In this document: positions 50,354 to 64,000 of the stretch, piece by piece
Position numbering within the stretch: position 1 is the first letter of the stretch
Layout: each line of letters opens with the position of its first letter
Assembly: GCA_037447605.1 (NCBI GenBank)
Contig: CM074805.1
Coordinates: 2,637,361-2,701,360, forward strand
Source: Zygnema circumcarinatum SAG 698-1b
Lineage: Eukaryota > Plantae > Zygnematophyceae
DNA length: 64,000 nt
Reading direction: 5' to 3'
The notes under the pieces: generated by a model
Told to the model about the DNA's origin: nothing
What the model saw: the letters and a program-made list of their open reading frames with translations, nothing else
The model's database searches: none
Position numbers and translations under genes: made by a program

Positions 50354-53300
50354 TCAACGCGTGGGAAATGAGAGATGCGCCAGCCATCTTTGGTACTCCT
50401 CGAAGAACTCGCACATTTCCTGGACTTTCTTTTGCAGAGGCCTGAGATCCCCCGGCAGGTCCAAATTCTCCCAACCAGCCGACGACTGCTGCGCCGTCTC
50501 TTTTTCTCCCTCGCCCTGCGTCTCCCCAGAAGCAGTCGCCTGCTCTTCCTCCGCCTCTGCCCCCGCAAGTCTTGCAGACATTCCGCCCTTCTGTAGTTTC
50601 ACGGCAGTCTGTCGTGCTTCATGGCAGGCGAGGAGGAACATGATGGCCGTGTCCGGCTGCCTTGCTTCCCGCACAGCTTCCAACGCCGATGACAGAGCGC
50701 CGGCGGCCACAAAGAGAGTCATCGCCCTGCAGGAGACATTTCGCAAATGCAAGCTAGGTCAGAGGGCACACTGCTCTCGGAGCAAGCCGACTGATGCCTA
50801 ATTTCCATCTCAAACGTTACAGCAGTAAAAGAAAGGAAAGGGCCTGTCCGCATGCTTCACGTCCAGACTACTGTCATTGGCTTTGCCTGATACAATAGCG
50901 TAGGCCACGGAATGGCAATCTCAGCCTAGTCCAAACATTAGTGCTAACTGGATAAGTAGTACTGACCGCCAAAGATCATGTTCATTGTTGAGGCAATGCC
51001 ACGCCCAGCGCAAGAGCACTCTGCATTACACCACCGACCCCGAATTCAGCAAGCACCATAGTGAAGAAAGCCTTCCGAGCATCGGCCCACACTTTCCACA
51101 TCATCTGAACTCCCAGATGCCACGACAACGAATTGCAGCACCATCTCTGACGTGAACAACAATAACAAAACTAACGACAGGATATCTGTCTCTTCCCTGA
51201 ATTGTAAGAGCGTGTCCACGTAATTAATTAATAATAATTGACAGAACATGTCAATCAAATGCACAACAAGCCTATCAAGGAAGTTGTGTTCTACCTTGCA
51301 CGATCTGAGCCTGACAAGTGTGTTGCTGCGAGGGTGCACGCGTCCACCCAGCGGCCCGCGTCTTGAAACTGTCGCAACATTTGGCGACAATTGAGAAGGA
51401 GAGGATGAAGAGCAGAACATGAGCAGAGCGTGTCAATAGAACTCTCACACTACATGTCGCCTTGACAGTGACAGTGCATTCCCCTCTTTGAGAAACTTAT
51501 TGCACAACAACAACCGCGTGAGAGTTTTGACAAAACAATGTTTGAGAAGCAGAGGGACGGTACGCAGGACATGCCTGCGAGCATGCCTCCTGATATCGTC
51601 CCACAGCACACAGAAGGTGAATCCCTGCCAACGGCTCCTGCGACTGCACCATGTTCGCTGCCACCACCTGCACCCTCCCCTCCGCGAATGCAGTTTATCC
51701 GTGAGGCACATCATCACAATGGCAGAGCTGTTGCATCCACTAACAGCGCTACATGTACTAGCCGAGCGAGCAGAGCTACAATGCTCCATATCAACGACGA
51801 ATTTAATGCGGAATGGACATCCCACTGTTAAAAGCATATTGCTGAAAGGAATCTTCGATTTGCAGCAGTGTATTCCGAATCATTCCTCCAATGCGCCCCG
51901 CTCGACAAATCTGCCAGAGTCTAATTGGCTGAGTGCAAGGACACTGAATAAGTGCAACAGGCACGTGGGTAAACCTCTCATACTTAAGCTGTATGAGCCA
52001 AACCCTGAATCGCGGGAAAGACAAAAACTCACCTTCACAGCAAGCTCGTGCATGGCGGGAGAGACGGCTGAAGCCAAAGCCACGGCTCTCAGAGCGTCCA
52101 CAAAAAACGTGGGACTATCCGGGGGAGAGGCAAGAAGGAGAGTAACAGCAGCTTCATAGTCCCCCACAGCAATGAACCTGCACACCAGGCACTACCATTA
52201 TTCACCTCTCCTTCGCCTACTTCCCAGCGAAAGAGATAACAGCATTAATACGAGCAAAACTAGTGTAGAAGCAATGCACAGTCAGAGCAAATGCAACGGC
52301 AGCACATGCAGGCCGCTCAGAGGGGCTCACTCGTGAATCTTCTTCTGCGAGACATCAGGCCCCAACAGCTTTTCGTGCCACTGAATGCGCTCAAGCGCAG
52401 CGGCTCGGACTGCTCCTTGCTCTCCCCACTCCGCATCCTGTTACCGTCCATGAGAGCACAATCCCACCCTTGCGTGAGGACTGTAGGGCTTGCAGCACTA
52501 TTAGCTGATCTAGCAATGCTTCATCAGAGTCATACTCATACTGAAACGAGTCGTGGCTCACATAGGAAAGGGGCGACTCCGGCCCTTCTCCTTCCGCATC
52601 CGCCACCCTCAGAACGGAGGGCCTTCGCAAGCCCCGCCTGCTGCTGGCGAACGGAGTGCTCTGCTCTTCAGGGCCTGTAAGGGGCTCTCCCTCCACCCCC
52701 CCACTGCCGCTCCCACTCCCACTCTCCGTGACTGCCTCAGCAGGGGCATCATCGACTGCCGCTTCCCAAAAGGCATATCGCCCTGCTGCTCCCTGCACTT
52801 GTCACTTGCATCAGCTTCCTAGCAACACCCAGATGTTTCGAAGACGAAATGACAAAGGAAATAGCATTCAACGAAGTCTTCCCTCCTCCGTAAACAGAGT
52901 CTCAAGTTTCATAGCGATCGACTCTATCGGAACTATACTTTTTCAACCCACTTCTGATGTTGCGCACAAACAAAGCTTTTGCATGCCATGATGGATGACT
53001 GAGAGGGAGGGCGAGCCCCCCTACCTTGCTGAGCAGGTGCAGCGCATGCGGCAGCTGTAGCCAGAACTCCGCCTCCGCCATGTCCCCATAATGCGCCGCC
53101 ACAAATGCACACCGCGATGCAACCCCCTTGCGGCAAATGCGCGCATATCTCCTCGCCGCTTCCACTTCCATCAGTCGGCCTGCACGGAACAAAAAACAAA
53201 CAAAAGAAAAACAAAAAGGGTTCAGTGCATGTGGGGGTCCCAAACTTTTCCCCCCATAAGGACTGGTCGGTCTGCATTGCCATCTGACCTGCGAGACGGT

Positions 53301-56300
53301 GCGGTTCAAGGCCCTTGAGGAGTACTTCCATCACTCCTGAGCTTCCAACGGAGGGCAGAGGGGAGGTGTCCAGCATATGGCGACGAAGGTCCCCAATGTC
53401 TCGAGGGGCTCGTTCGGGCTGCTCTAACCAGGAGGGTTTTACACCCTGCTGAAGGAGCAGGCGCAAAGCCTGTGCCACAATTGCAGTTAAATGGAACTTC
53501 CTTAGACTGGTCCGCAGTATCTACGTGAGGCAAAATCATCAAAATCTGTACCTAGAAGTTGAAATGAGAAACGCGAATGGTCGTGGGAAGGTTCGCGTTC
53601 GATGAACCGAAGGGAGAGGGAGGGGGTCGAGAAGATGTGGTGTACCAAGGCATGTGGAGCCGGAAGTAGGGCCACAGAGCAGAGAGGAGAAGGGCGGAAG
53701 CGCTCCCATGCAGCCACTTGGTTTGCCTCAGGGCGCACACTCTTTAGCGGCACACTCCTGCAGATGGCCCACCCGTCAGTCACGCCCAGGGAAACACGTT
53801 TTAGCCTCAAAAGTAGATATCAATCATAGAAGAAAAGCAGGGTGTGGCTTTGAGGTCATGGACATTCGTCATCTAGTTCCTTGCCCGAGGGGCTCATTAC
53901 AGCTGTGAGCTTCAAAACGACACATCCTGAACATGAAGCGAAGGAGCCTTAAAGAATTATATCCTCAACTCAACAGAACTCTCCTTTCCTTTATCGAAAG
54001 TGCAATAGCCATATGAGAAACAGTTTTGCAGGTAGCGGGTGGGTACGCACGCATGCACTTCAAGGAGGCGGAGACTGCCGTCTGCAACTGCCACACAGAG
54101 CAGTTGGGGCAACGCGTCGGGCCAAAGGTGCGTCTCGCCCTGAAGGGGGAGCCAATCCAGCTCCAAAACAGCAAGATTCGCAAAGTCTTTCCGAACCAGT
54201 ACGTTCGGAACAATCTCTCCTGCGTCCTGCAGCATCATCACTTTGGCTCAGGTATTTCTTGCAGAGAGGAACTCCAATATACGGAGTTGTGAAATAGAAA
54301 GCACACGCATGCACAACACGAGTTGTTGGACAGCACAAAGCAGCAGAATTACAGACGGATGAAGGAAAGTGGAACCAGAATGAATGGGTAGCCTGGTTAA
54401 CCACCAGCTTCACAAACGGAGCATGGAGGGCACAAAGGCATCAAGCCAAATGCTGTCCATTGAAACAGACATAAACACAATCTTGACCCTCAAGAAACAA
54501 CAATCATTCTCAAGCCCCTTTTGCACATGACCATGAAGAGCACGCTCTAATGACAGAAGCACCGCTGTTCCCGGTCATCGAGAGACTGACCAGGTCGAAG
54601 AGTGCAAAGCTGCGATCGTTGAAGAGCAGCACCACCCTCCCCCTGCTGTGCGCCGTCGGCAGTGAAGGGGCAAACCGGATTCTCCGAATCCCTCCGCGGT
54701 GCGTGTTGAAGGCCGCCGCCTGCCCCGTCGTCACGTCCCACCACCGCACGTGTCCCAGCCGGTCACCCATCACCTGCATTCCGTACACGCTCACACCCCA
54801 CCATCGGAATCGGGCATACGGGCAATTGAATTTCCCTCTTGCACTTAGAAGAGTTACAAAGTAAGAAACGCAAGGTGGGCCAGAGGGCAGTCGGCAATGA
54901 GGCAGGTTGGGTGCGGAATTGCGAGCAATAGATAGGGCTGCCGAAGAAGCAAGAGGAGGGATGAGGTTGGCAGACCACGTGCGGAAGTCTGTAGGCCATG
55001 GCGGTGACCAGCACATCGGGTGCAACGAATGAAGCTGCGGGCCATTTGGGCCTGCCCTTCAACAAACCCCCAATCTGTTCTCAGGATTAAGCAAGACGCT
55101 ACGGCACTCTCTGTTAAATACCCCTTTAAGCTTTGCTCTTATGGTAGTCAAAACCTCATTTTATGATTACAAATTGGGCAAGAAACAAAGATCGAAAAGA
55201 AAAGTGCTTTTATGCGAACCTCTCTGAGATCCACTAGGACCTGCTGACCTAAGTCGAAATGGACAGTGTTCTTAATGCTACATTCTGTCACATACAGCTA
55301 TCAAGCATTTGGTCCATTCATCATCAGCATAGCTGTACGGTATGCTTATGATCTGAAATATAGTACATCTATACTGGGTTGAAGGGGCTTGCATAATACA
55401 GACTAATTAAGTCAGTCAGTCAGTCTTGCAAGCATAAGAAGGACGTAAGCAAGCATCATGTGTCGGAACTTCCATAAAGCACTTTCAACTTTACAACACT
55501 AACAAAGGATTCTCGCGACGTACTCAAAAAGCACAAAACCGACTTTCAAAGCAGTACCTGAAATCGCGCACTCGACGACCACGGAGCTCAAAGACTCCGA
55601 GAGATCCATTCACAAGGGCGAATGCAAAGCTTTCCGCGGGTTCCTCCCCTGCTGGGTCAACCACCTTCTGTCCTTCACCTGCAGGCCATCATTGGGAAAA
55701 GAAAGGAATGACTCCACATATTTCATGGCCCCTACACCCACCCAAAGTAGTTGAGTCCATACTGAGATCCAACAGACAAAGTAGACAGAAGATTCAGAAA
55801 AGAGTCTCTTAATGACAGAACAGCGAAACTCCTTCACATATGAAGAGAGAAGCGGAAGGCTATTCCCACCTGGCACTGGAAAGAGTGGCCTCTGCCCTAA
55901 AGTGGATGCGCCTCCCACAGGATAGTCCAGAGGGCTGGAAGGCTCTGAAGAGAAGGGGAGGGGGGGGAGTGCCCATTCCATCACTGTGAAGGGAAGGGCA
56001 AGCGAACGCAGCTGCACACAAAAGGAGGGGTCAAGATGGTGGTGCAGTGGGAGAGAGTGTCTCGTTTGGAGGTTTTATAGTGGGGTAAAGATTGCAAAAT
56101 GGTAAAGCATGGCATTGAATAATAGAAAAACGATACGAAGTTATGTCCAGTCTAAAATCAACAGGAAAGTCCTGGAATTCTTTCACTATGTCAGTATGCG
56201 CTGATATTCCATTGTCCCCACGTGAAAGATATGGAGCCATAAGCTCGATCATTATGAAGTAGATTATGAAGATAAAACACAACAAATCAAGCAGAATCTA

Positions 56301-59300
56301 AAACAACCTTCATAACTCCCAAAAGAGAACAGTGATTACTGGGACCCACCATTGTTGGATTTCTCGTCATTGCCCACACTTCAGCGGGTGCTTCTCGGAA
56401 GAGAATCAGTAGATACCTGATACATCAATGTAAGGACCAATTTGCAATTGCTGTCACTCCCTCGATAACAAAAGTGGTTAAACACGTATGAGCTGCCCAT
56501 TGCAAGAGTTTAGAGAAGTCGAAGGGGAGAATGGTGCAAAGGTTGTCGAGCAACGAATTAAGCAAAGGCGAGATCAACTCTCTCATCGTAAGCTTGCAAA
56601 CAATTGCAGGGGTACAGCAGCTAGGTGGGTTATCACAAATAGTCGTACATTCACGCCCCAAAATCATCCTCTAGCACGCTATGCAGGAGCCCGCATGGCG
56701 TAGACAATTCTCGTATCGTCAATCAGAATTGTCCTCAAAGCCCATCCTCCAAGAAACACTTCTTCAATATCGCATGGAGATTCACCTGCCCGATGGAGAA
56801 GACCGAAGTCCCCTCATAGGCGAGCGTTCAGGCAACGGCAGAACACGGAAAGGCCGGCTCTGTCCACTTCGCACGTCTGTCACTACCACACGATTATGGA
56901 AGCCGCCACCCTTGCCTTTCACCTGCAAATGTCCAGACCCCAACCAACTCAATTATTCTGAGAGCAACCATGTTTGGAGGGCATCATTTTGCCAGACAAC
57001 CATGCCAAGCTTAGGACATTGAATATGCATTTCTTGGCCCAACTGTGCGTTGGGGGGAAATATGCCAAGCAGCCCCAGTATGAGCGAACCGTGACCTTGA
57101 CGCTGAAAACATCTTGTGGTCAACTGACACTGTAGGATGCATTTCACCGTGTCAAAATGCACCACTGGCGCAGGTCCATGCTCAGGCTTCTATGCTGTGT
57201 TGTTCTTAAATATATTCAGAGGATATGCCCCACACTCCTGTACTCTCACTTCCAGGCTGGCGACAAACATCCCAAAGCTACAAGACCATAGAGGAGATTC
57301 AATTCACCATTTGAATCCATATCCTATTTGAATTCCGACTTGATTGAAGTGACATAACGCTGCACAGGCATGGCCCTCTTGCCATCTTCCAGTACAAGGG
57401 TGGCTCGGCTGTACGGCTGGCTCAGACTACTATACTGTGAGTGTGCACGTGTTCATCCCACCCTTTACTTTCAAAGTTGTCCTTATCTCCTTGGGCAATG
57501 TTTGCGCTGACAAAAATCCTTCAATTCTTGAACTTCCCCAACCCCTTGCCTTGAACATTTCTTCTTCCAACAGTTCTAAAGACAACGTGCAGCTCTCGAG
57601 TACAGCTGACATTGACAAATTTGTCTTCAAACATGCTCTCACGGATACCGCGATGACCCACCCTTCGCTGCAAGCTTCTCTATCAGTACAGCACCTATCC
57701 GTGGCACCCCGTCCATCATTTGGAGGATCGACAGCTCACCTCCGTAAAGCTGAAGGAGACAACTCGTTGGTTTCCGAGCCACCGCACTCCCCTCACCATG
57801 GACGGATGGAGCGCAAGGCTAACACAAATGGCATGGCTTGCTGTGTCAAGCAGCTCCACGGACCCACCATTTGTGGCAAGGGCGACTAAAGGCACAGCCG
57901 TGGCAGCTCCCTGACCTAGAGCTCCAACTCCTGCAAATCATCTCAGAGTAATCCCTGAGTTAGGCAATCTTTGAGCCCAGGTCCGTTCACGCGAATGTGC
58001 TGATTAACAATGAGCTCCAACTTTCTAATTCTGCAGAAGTTGGAGTCCTATGGGTCGCCAACAGGTGTTCCGAGGGCAGCAAGCATGGCTAGAGAAGGTC
58101 AAAGGAAAGTTCGAACACAAACATCCAGTGGATTTGTACTCAAGTTACATTGAACAGGTAGTGTGGTGATCTATTATCATTGCTTTGTTTCAATAAAAAA
58201 AACATATTTAAGGCTCTAGCATACAGTCGCTTGTGTCAAACACCAGCAATATAACTAATCAGGAGAAAGGCATGCTAATGTACTTATATATCTTATGGGC
58301 CTGGCAGACGCCTCTCACACAGGCAAGATTGCAAAAGCGGCGAGTATGTTTGAGACTTTCCTCTTTCCCAAATGTTCATAGCCACCATCACCATCTGTGG
58401 TTGCTAAAATTTCATCATTGACCCTTCCAATGAAACTAACTTGCGACTTCCATTCAGGCAAGTTGCCGAGAAATTAAATACTCTGCTTTCATGTCTGTTA
58501 AAAATAGAGCAGAGAACAGGCAGGAGTAGAGGATTCCAGGGCAAAGTGCTCTTTAATCAGGTTAAAAGCCAGTGTAAAATCGAACGTATACTTCAAAAGC
58601 AAGCGTCAAAATGCATTGGAAAGCTCTTTACACGGCTCAAGCAAGCCGGCAACATCTGGACAAGTTCAGTAGCTGCTCGTCCTAAAGGTAATGGTAAAGA
58701 AAGGCGTTTGCTTATTACAAAGTATAAATGGAAGTAGGAACCCTACCGGGTGTTGTTGCCATAAGCGAGGGAGCTGGGACAGCTAATGTCGTGATGGGAG
58801 ATGGAAGTGCATGCATCATGCCCTGTAATTCAATCTGAGGATATGCCAAAATAAATCACATCATCAGCATAGAAATTGTCTTCTCATCGACTAAGCCCCC
58901 TGAATGACTAATTGCAAACTTCACGCAACATGTGGTCACCGGTCTATGCATCCATGAGGACAGGGGTTAGTTACCATATCACTCAACATGACGATACACA
59001 TTATTCCATTATTGATTCCACAGCCTTCTCAATATGGTTAGATGGTAGCCACAAAAGAATCATGTCATTTGCCTTCAATACTATACTATCCGAACAGACC
59101 CTCATGGTTGTCGTGAGTTCTTTAGTCCTTAGTTTCTCTTTCACGTTGTGTTACTATGCCACTCAAAAGTCAAAACGAAGTAACAAAGAAGAAAGGCACT
59201 TGAGATTATAAGTCGTCAATCGAGACTCACTTTATTACAAACATAGCCATGCATTTCCCGCTCAGCCTATAATCTCTTTTTGTCAGTTGATTGCATTAAC

Positions 59301-61766
59301 ATGCAGCGTACAACTTTCTATTTAATCATAGATCTGCAAAGGAGCTTCATGACCATAATCTGCATAGAGGAAAAAGGTTTTCACCCGCTCCAATGAACCT
59401 CTGTTCCACAAGTTTTACAATTCACCTAGGCAACATTAAAGTATAAGACCACTCCTGTGCAGAAATGGCTATACACGTCAATTGTAAATATTGTTAACGT
59501 GTCAGCTATTGATTTGCCCATACGCAGATACGATATCTTTGCCTCTCGTACTTTTCCGTTTTAAACTGCAAACTTTAACAACAATTGCCAATACTCCCGC
59601 TAACACTGTCAATGACCCATTTCCGCCAAGGACTTCACAGCAAATCTAAAGCGTTAGTTGTTTATCCAAATTTGGAATTCCTATAGTCGTAACTTTTTGT
59701 CATTGATCAAGGGTACATGTTTAGTTAATTATATTTTGTAGATTTCTATTTCTCTTTTTGTCAATTTTTAAGATGAACCATCCCAAGGAATGGAATCAAT
59801 TGAATCGAGAAGCAAGTTTAGTGGCAGACTCCCGCCAATAGCCTTCGCTCCGCCTTCACTCTATTAGGATTTTCAGTGTTGAAAGGTGTAAGCCAACATG
59901 ACATGAACATGAACACATGAATCTTTAAGTGCAACCACATACCCTGAAAGAGAGCATCCATTCTTCCGTTGTCGGGATCAATACATCACCCGGTGATGCA
60001 ATCGACATAGACATGCTGCTTCTCCGCAGGTCGTCCACAGAACTTGAAAACGGCTTCATTGCGGCAGATGGTGTTTCATTCTGATCTATACCCAGCTCTG
60101 CAGTTGCAAGCCACTGCCAGAGCTTACCGTCATCCGTCAATACCATTATCATGCTAGAACTACCACCGTCCATCGCGTCGCCACCTGAATAATATGCCTC
60201 ACTTGATGCGAAAGACGATGAGCTGAAAGACGCTGTCAGCCAGCGTTCAGAAGAAAAATCTGAAGATTCTCTACCACTTGAGCTCTTAAGTGAGATGCTT
60301 TTGGCGGATGCAATCTCTGGTATTTCATCATCGTTTCCTGCAAGTTGTGGAAGTGAAGGTTGCGGGCAATGCATGAGACCAATGACTTGAGCCGTGGGTG
60401 CAGAAGATCCTTGGGAGGGAACCAGCTGTTGCACATGACGGAGAACGTATAACTGCTCGTGCCTGCACATAATCTCCCAAGAAAACCACACGGTCCACTG
60501 TTTGAGGATGGCAACAATGACATTTTGCAACCCCTGCTCAGTGACAGGATGCAACGTTACGGGGCTGAGGGTGCGGTAACTGAAAATTTAAGGTTACTCT
60601 CCTTTGCATGGAAAATTTACTCGTAGACGCTCTGGCCAATTGCAGTACATTAATTCCTAATTAATAATCGTTCCGTATTCCTGATTGTGAAAGTCCCGAA
60701 CCATGGCTCATGTATCTCCATTCAATCGTTATGCATTATAAGGTTTCTCACAGACACCATTAGGAGCATCGGTTTATGGGTGGTGATTTCAGATGAATAC
60801 GTATATGAATAAACATATGTAATACTCGTGTATACTCGCGGCGAAAGGGGGTAAGACTCACGGCTTTCTTTGCCAAGCAGAGAGCGAGGAGTCCGCATGG
60901 AGGCAATAAAGAATGTTGCCATCCACTGGCACGACAATATCCACAAATCGCATAAAACCGCGCGGTAGGACTGTACTGGCTATGTTACGACCAAATTGTA
61001 TATCATACAGGATGATCTCTCTTGGTAATAATACAAATAGCAATCCTCGCGCGCGGGGTGCAAATATGCAACGAAGGACAGAATTAAGCTCTGGCTGGGC
61101 TGCTCCTGACGAGCTTTCCCTTCCTGCTGGTTTCTCCTTGGGCTCCGGAAGAGGCAGCTTCGAGATTGAAGTCATGATATCTTCTTCAGTGGAGCCGCTA
61201 ATGGAAACAGTAATGAATGCACCTTTACCACCAGAAATCCCCACTTGCCGGGGATCATGCGGGTCGCATGTGATTGACATCAGAGGCTCCGGCCCCGCAT
61301 CAAAGCGCCATATTATGCGCTCCGATCCAGGGTCCCATATTACAGCCTGCGTCGGTCCGACGAGGGCTGCCAAGAGCCACGGATGCCGCATGACCCACCG
61401 GAGTTCTTCAATCCTCCCTGCCGGCTTATCCATGATCAGCCATGTGAGCACCTGCTCCTCCACCACATGCCATATTGCTATTCGCCCCATCTTGTCTCCT
61501 GCTGCCAGCCGCAAATGTGGCTTCTCTGCCAAGGCGCGGTTCAAGCCCTCGGGGAGAAACTGCACTGCAGTTGTCGGAGAGTCTATTCTGTCCCCGTAAA
61601 GGAGAGTGTGCACAAGCTGCATGCTCCCCACGTCCACTAACGCCACTGCAGAGCCGCAAGTGTAGGCGAGCAGCCCCTGCGCGCTGCAGTCCACCGCGCA
61701 GTTGTCGCGCATCATGGGCCCCGCCAGGCTCCCCGCGACGGCCGGCACGCGCTGCCGCCGCGCCAT
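50354..61766 (-). CDS. WDR11: WD40-repeat protein, WDR11 family (plant-type), 21 exons, 1376 aa
   Basis: Exons in transcript order: 61766-60862, 60462-59943, 58834-58747, 57930-57740, 56922-56786, 56416-56350, 56011-55870, 55678-55558, 55051-54976, 54773-54591, 54226-54051, 53757-53646, 53469-53289, 53179-53025, 52792-52562, 52437-52331, 52177-52033, 51667-51575, 51368-51295, 51020-50967, 50726-50354. They sum to 4131 nt with consistent phases; introns are GT-AG except one GC-AG. Motifs recalled from plant WDR11 homologues: RGVRWLGN, YLLILFR.AP.EVWAM, LRSLALPFTV.EW.LP, ERI.WHEKL, VVAANMV...HLLCAVGRYQEACSQ. Confidence 0.85.
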
Positions 61767-63460
61767 GGCGCCTCAGCGCTCTCGAGGAGGCCCGAAGGCC
61801 GACGGTCACTTGCGTGGAGAGGCCGCGGACGCCATGGCCCGGCTCTCGCTTCACCTCAACGTTTTTTTTAAAGATTTTATGAAAGTTTTTGATACGCTTC
61901 AATTTTTTTGTGAAATGAAGTTTCGGTAGTAATTACATATCTGAGACGCTGTTTTCCAGGCAGGCGTCATTCTCTCTTTCCGGCGTCAGTTTTTTTTTTT
62001 TAAATGGGAAACTGTAAGTGATTTGAAGGGGTTCACACGGAAAGTATTTTCCTTCAAGGGCCGTCTCATACCGTCTCTGCAGACATTGGTGCACTGGCGC
62101 CAGATAGTGTGCAGGAGGACGAGTGTGATTTTGCATGCGAAGTGCCAAACGCAAAACCGAGTGTGCAGGACTGGGACTTCTCCTGCAACAGGAGGTACAG
62201 GGGCTGGAGTAGCCTCCAAGATAAGGTGATTACAGAGTCAATTTTATCACTGTCGAATAGCTTTGGCTGAGAATAGAGGGCATCAGGATTAGGATCAGGA
62301 TGAGGTTCACTTGTTATTGCTGATGCTATTGATCACTTCGGAAAGTTTCGTACAAATTATCCTAATTATACGTAGGATATGCTCGTTAGGGAGATTCGAT
62401 TAGGTGCTTATTGTGGAATGCGCCGCGCGCTTCAATTGCGCTCAGCGTTGAATAGTTTCTGCAGCGCCTGCTGTCCCTTGGAGGTATATTGGAGTGGTTT
62501 TAGGACAATCTGACCATATGCAGTTCATGCAATTTACAGGATTGAGGGGATTCGGAGAAGGTTATTGAATTGTGAACACAGTGAGCGAGCGATGTTGCGT
62601 TTCTTGTTCTTTATAAAACCAGCCAGCCTAGTGGATACGTTCTGCAATAGCTTAATCGTTCAGCTTTGCTTTTCAATTAACCACCACAATTGAGGAGCGT
62701 GCGAGCTTTGAACGGCCACATATGCAACTTTAGGACATTGTATCTCAGTGACATTTCCGTACTGCTAGAAAAGATAACATGAGAATCCTGCTTGTCGTAT
62801 ACCCGTGTCCAAGATTTCAAGTTTTCTACGAATTAGTCATATGGCCATTGCCACATTCATTGATTTTTGTTTTATATTTCTTGTCGCCTTTATATCCTGC
62901 CTTATACTATTCTGTGTAATGATCAAGTTTTGTTATTTTGATGAACTACTTTGAAAAGCTGTTTTGAAGTGAAGAGTTCAACTCGGTTGAAGTTTTATTT
63001 ATTGCTCCATGGGCCTTTTTCTGAGGGAATGAAAGGGAAAGGGTGCAGGGTGGCAGGTTAAATGCATCGTTTTCGACATGTTTAAGGGGAGGGCTTGCAA
63101 CCAAAATTGGATTGCTTCGTCGTTTTCGTATAACTCATGCTAGTTATGCAAGATCAGGATATCTGCAACAGCGGCACTGGTCACCTACTGGAGCAACATT
63201 TCATGAAAGCCACACACTTTTTGCCTTCAAACTGATGCCGACTTCTTTTATCTTGGTTAAAACCCTGGAATTATGGTCGGGCGTTAAGAGATATGGCTCA
63301 GTGAAACTCTATAATGAACTGAAATGGGAGTAAGGGAAGCACAATTTCGCAAGGATCTGGAAGAAGGAAGATTTCATTTGCCATAAGCTGCCTCGTTGGC
63401 AGCCTGGTTGAAAGGCCTGCTTCAGATCAGGAGAACATTAGATTTTTTTCTACTTTCAAT
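61767..63460. promoter_or_regulatory. Divergent intergenic / 5' UTR region between WDR11 and the transporter
   Basis: Head-to-head gene geometry. A possible 5' UTR intron runs from AAG|GTGATT (~62226) to TTCAG| (~63425). No specific element was identified. Confidence 0.35.
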
Positions 63461-63731
63461 ATGAATGTGGTGGAGAACGGAGAGGATGCACTGCCGATGA
63501 TAGGCAATCGTTTCACGGAAGGCAGCACTTGTGATGGTGAAAATGTCCATAATCTAGACGTTGACCGGATAGCTGATTCTGCAGATTCAGAGATTGAACT
63601 TTCCGTGAAGAGTCTTCTGGAGGTTGGAGGAGAAAAAAATGCGGCATTTATAAGCGGATCCCAGAAGCAGTCTGTAATTTTGCTCACCTTAACTGCCGGT
63701 ATCGGTGGATTTCTATTTGGTTACGATACAG
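63461..63731 (+). CDS. First coding exon of an MFS sugar-porter family transporter (inositol transporter-like); continues beyond the window
   Basis: ...VILLTLTAGIGGFLFGYDTG is the TM1 signature of sugar porters, followed by the donor AG|GTATAG at 63732. Confidence 0.8.
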
Positions 63732-64000
63732 GTATAGCCCGCGTCATCATGTCGTGTGCGGAAGGAAACCAAATGGGAGCTGGAAAAGGCAATTTGAGAT
63801 AAGAGAGCTTTGAAAAAAAGGAATTGGCTAGCTACAAGAAATCCATGGATAACCTGTTGGTGGAGTTTTCGGAATGCCTTATTGTTGTTTTGCTGGGCCT
63901 TGTACGAGATTAGCCAAGAATTTATGTACATCTAGAAAGCTAGAACTGTAACTGCTTTTCATGGTTGTTTCTACTTGTTTTTTACAGTCTCGTCTAGGTC

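Noticed and set aside
62023-62229. Transit-peptide-like ORF upstream of the transporter
   Set aside because: It starts at TTG, and splicing to 63425 hits stop codons; probably 5' UTR.

Overview
Eukaryotic genomic window. A streptophyte alga such as Klebsormidium is plausible (inferred from a plant-type WDR11 gene and a TTTTAGGG-like run), but the species cannot be confirmed from the sequence. About 1-49.7 kb is a dense transposon nest. It begins with a non-autonomous MULE (9-bp TSD) and an adjacent MITE. Three head-to-tail copies of one ~8.5-kb minus-strand Ty3/Gypsy family (family A) follow, separated by a conserved ~470-bp spacer that carries TIR-like motifs. Copy A3 is interrupted by a plus-strand Ty3/Gypsy element (B, TSD GGGCG) and by a Ty1/Copia element (D, TSD CTTGT). 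B is itself interrupted by a decayed Copia-type element (C, TSD GGCAT). About 50.3-61.8 kb holds a 21-exon minus-strand WDR11-like gene (1376 aa as reconstructed by eye). The first coding exon of a divergent MFS sugar-porter gene starts at 63461. The most unusual signals are the asymmetric LTR ends, missing PPT, inverted U5 copy and recurrent spacer of family A, and a tRNA-like (A-box/B-box) module inside the LTR of element B. Caveats: all alignments were done by eye; there are six N-gaps, two with duplicated flanks; divergence between copies is patchy and indel-rich, so some frameshifts may be assembly errors.
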